Shown: piece after piece, positions 61,906-64,000 of the stretch | Numbering within the stretch: position 1 is the stretch's first letter | How the letters are laid out: every line of letters starts with the position of its first letter | IMG/VR virus record: IMGVR_UViG_3300021511_000004 | Direction: 5' to 3' (one strand) | Source: an uncultured virus (IMG/VR IMGVR_UViG_3300021511_000004) | Taxonomy: Duplodnaviria; Heunggongvirae; Uroviricota; Caudoviricetes | DNA length: 64,000 nt | Translations under genes and position numbers: made by a program | Notes under the pieces: generated by a model | Database searches by the model: none | The model's input: the letters and a program-made list of their open reading frames with translations, nothing else | What the model was told of the DNA's origin: nothing

Positions 61906-62919
61906 ATGAGTACGAAAAAATCATACATGAGCTTATTAAAAGAAGCCATCGCTGAGTTTGATACCAGTGATAATCTCGAAGTAAAGGGACCGATGCTCGA
62001 CCCGATTTTGTCGTGGGACGGTGGCGGAGAACTTCCCATTTATAAGGATGCTGCTAGTATCCTTGAAAGGTATTACTTCGAAGAAAACAACGATGATGGT
62101 GTTAATGTTATGGACGAAGGTTCAGAACTAGAAGCTGCTTATCAAAATGATAAGGGATCAGCGTCCGGAGAAGCAATGAAAAATACTAAAGGCACAGGTA
62201 CTGAACAAGCTGGTACAAGTGATGCCGCAGGCATTATAGCTTCAAAAGATGAAAAAGCTAAAGACATCGCTAAAGAAGACGTTCAAGTAGAAAAAGAAGA
62301 AAAAGAGGAAAAAGAGGAAGAAAAAGAAGTTTCTGAAGATCTAAAAATGGAAAATGCTATTATTGAAAAACTGATTTCAGAAATGGAAGATGAAGAAAAA
62401 GAAGATGAAGACAAGGAAGATAAAGAAAAAGTTGATGAAGCTGAAGTCATGAATTATACTGGCGACGGCCCAAAAGAAGAAGCTCCAAAAGAAAAGAAAG
62501 CATCAGGATCAGAGGAAGATACACAAGGTGCCGGAACTAATCAAGCAGGCACAGGTGGTGATGAAAAACAACTTCCGGATAGAAAAGATGATCATAATAC
62601 AGCAGTAAAAGCTAAAGAGTATACTGATGAAAATACTATGATCGAAGCAGCTCTAGCAGAGCTAGAATCTGAAATTTCCGAGCAAGATGCACCTCCAGCA
62701 GAACCAGAAGTTCCTGAGGAAGAAGAAAAGGAACTTGATGTTGATAAAGAAATGGCTAAAGAACAAGCACCGCCACCACCAAGTGCTGTTCCTGGTGGAC
62801 CTGCTCCAGATAAAGAAGATAAAGACGAAGAGGTTTATGAAGAAGCCTTTAAACTCTTTAAAGAAGCAATAAAGGAGCAAGACGAAGAAGAAGAAGACAA
62901 AGACAAAGAAGAAGAATAA
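61906..62919 (+). CDS. Highly acidic low-complexity protein (possible scaffold/head core protein)
   Basis: E/D/K-rich; repeated GTxQAGT; AGGAGG SD; TTAGAACA upstream. Confidence 0.65.
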   Translation: MSTKKSYMSLLKEAIAEFDTSDNLEVKGPMLDPILSWDGGGELPIYKDAASILERYYFEENNDDGVNVMDEGSELEAAYQNDKGSASGEAMKNTKGTGTEQAGTSDAAGIIASKDEKAKDIAKEDVQVEKEEKEEKEEEKEVSEDLKMENAIIEKLISEMEDEEKEDEDKEDKEKVDEAEVMNYTGDGPKEEAPKEKKASGSEEDTQGAGTNQAGTGGDEKQLPDRKDDHNTAVKAKEYTDENTMIEAALAELESEISEQDAPPAEPEVPEEEEKELDVDKEMAKEQAPPPPSAVPGGPAPDKEDKDEEVYEEAFKLFKEAIKEQDEEEEDKDKEEE

Positions 62920-62944
62920 TTAGTCTTTCTAAATAATTAGTTGA

Positions 62945-63316
62945 GTGGGTACAAAAGTATCCGCTCAACATTTAATTGTAAATGAAGGAGCGAAAATGGA
63001 GAATGATTTGACTTATAGAGTAAAAGTATTTACGCCTAATTCTTTTCTTATATTTAGAGGAAAAAAGTTACGAACTCCAGTTGAATGTCGTAATGTTTTT
63101 GAAAAAGAGTTACCTGTTCTTAAACTACAAATTAAAAGAGACTCTTTAAAATATGAGATTATAAGAGAAGTAGATATAACAGAGGAAGATGTTGAAGCTT
63201 TAGTAGTTGAAAAGCGTGACAAAGATGTAAAAGTTGAAGAGTTGTACGATCCTGATGTTGATTCCAATTCAATTATGGATCGACTTATAGCAGAAGAAAA
63301 GGTATCAGAGAAATGA
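62945..63316 (+). CDS. Hypothetical protein
   Basis: ORF in co-directional block. Confidence 0.55.
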   Translation: MGTKVSAQHLIVNEGAKMENDLTYRVKVFTPNSFLIFRGKKLRTPVECRNVFEKELPVLKLQIKRDSLKYEIIREVDITEEDVEALVVEKRDKDVKVEELYDPDVDSNSIMDRLIAEEKVSEK

Positions 63317-63603
63317 GAAAGATAACTATTTATCAAAGTGATGCACAAAATATTGAGATTCTTGATGATAGCGATGAATCAATGGATGATTACTGTAGCC
63401 GTCTATCAAAGCTAATGAAGATGGGTAATGTTGCTATTTTAAAGACCTCTACTTTTTCAGTTGTCCTTAGACCCAGTAAAGTTGTTGGAATCAAAGTTGA
63501 AGACAGTACAACTTCAGAAACAGAAACCCCACCTCTAGTAATCAAGTCTAAGGAAATTGAAGTAAAACCAAAAGAAATTGAGGATATTATAACAGATGTT
63601 TGA
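63313..63603 (+). CDS. Hypothetical protein
   Basis: ATGA-coupled ORF. Confidence 0.55.
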   Translation: MRKITIYQSDAQNIEILDDSDESMDDYCSRLSKLMKMGNVAILKTSTFSVVLRPSKVVGIKVEDSTTSETETPPLVIKSKEIEVKPKEIEDIITDV

Positions 63604-64000
63604 TATATTAATTGTACCAGGTGTTATTATAATCCCTTTGGTTATATGTTTCTTTTTTGGTTTAAAAGCTATTTTGAATGATAAACAAAAAAATCGAATG
63701 ATAAAAGATTTTACGGATTATATATCTGTATTACAATTTCATATGGAAAAAGCGTATGATATGATCCATAAAGATCGTGTTCTTGTTTATTCACTAGAAG
63801 CAACAAAAGTTCCAGAGGAACAGATTAATATCGCCTCAAAGGACTTTATTACTTTAGTTCAAAAACTTATAGGACCAAGATTACTTAAAGAATTTGTTTT
63901 TCTTTATGGAAATTATGAAACATTTGCTTTTATACTAGCTGAATATTTTAGTACAAGGTATGAAGATGACGAGATAAGAAAAACATCAATGAATGACATG

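Noticed and set aside
1..64000. Genome-wide TAG or TGA reassignment
   Set aside because: Long conserved genes are uninterrupted in code 11, and both codons end genes at tight junctions
1..64000. CRISPR array, rRNA, integrase or transposase
   Set aside because: No regularly spaced repeats or recognisable motifs

Overview
AT-rich segment of a large lytic (jumbo/T4-like) bacteriophage genome. The tmRNA tag and gene content weakly suggest a Gram-negative, possibly Desulfobacterota-like, host. Plus-strand blocks (1-7.3 kb, 8.6-18.8 kb, 47.6-64 kb) encode sugar/surface modification enzymes, nucleotide metabolism, a probable 7-deazaguanine DNA-modification set (QueC, QueE, TGT/DpdA-like, dATP/dGTP diphosphohydrolase), a UDG-family-4::PolB fusion, DnaB-like helicase, ThyA, GroES and bS21. 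A 28.6-kb minus-strand block (18.85-47.5 kb) holds about 28 tRNA/tRNA-like genes, a tmRNA, translation accessory enzymes, many small ORF families and HNH endonucleases whose 3' ends run into tRNA genes. Best candidate for a new system: an operon at 33.5-35.0 kb. Its unannotated leader ORF continues through two in-frame TAG codons into ribosome-arrest-like motifs (*IARPPYP*ICRGPP*). Downstream are a Pth2-type peptidyl-tRNA hydrolase and a structurally odd amber (CUA) tRNA. Also notable: Zn-finger proteins fused to apparent capsid/sheath fragments, many non-canonical tRNAs, and two recurring promoter-like motifs. All protein calls come from motif recognition by eye, without database searches.
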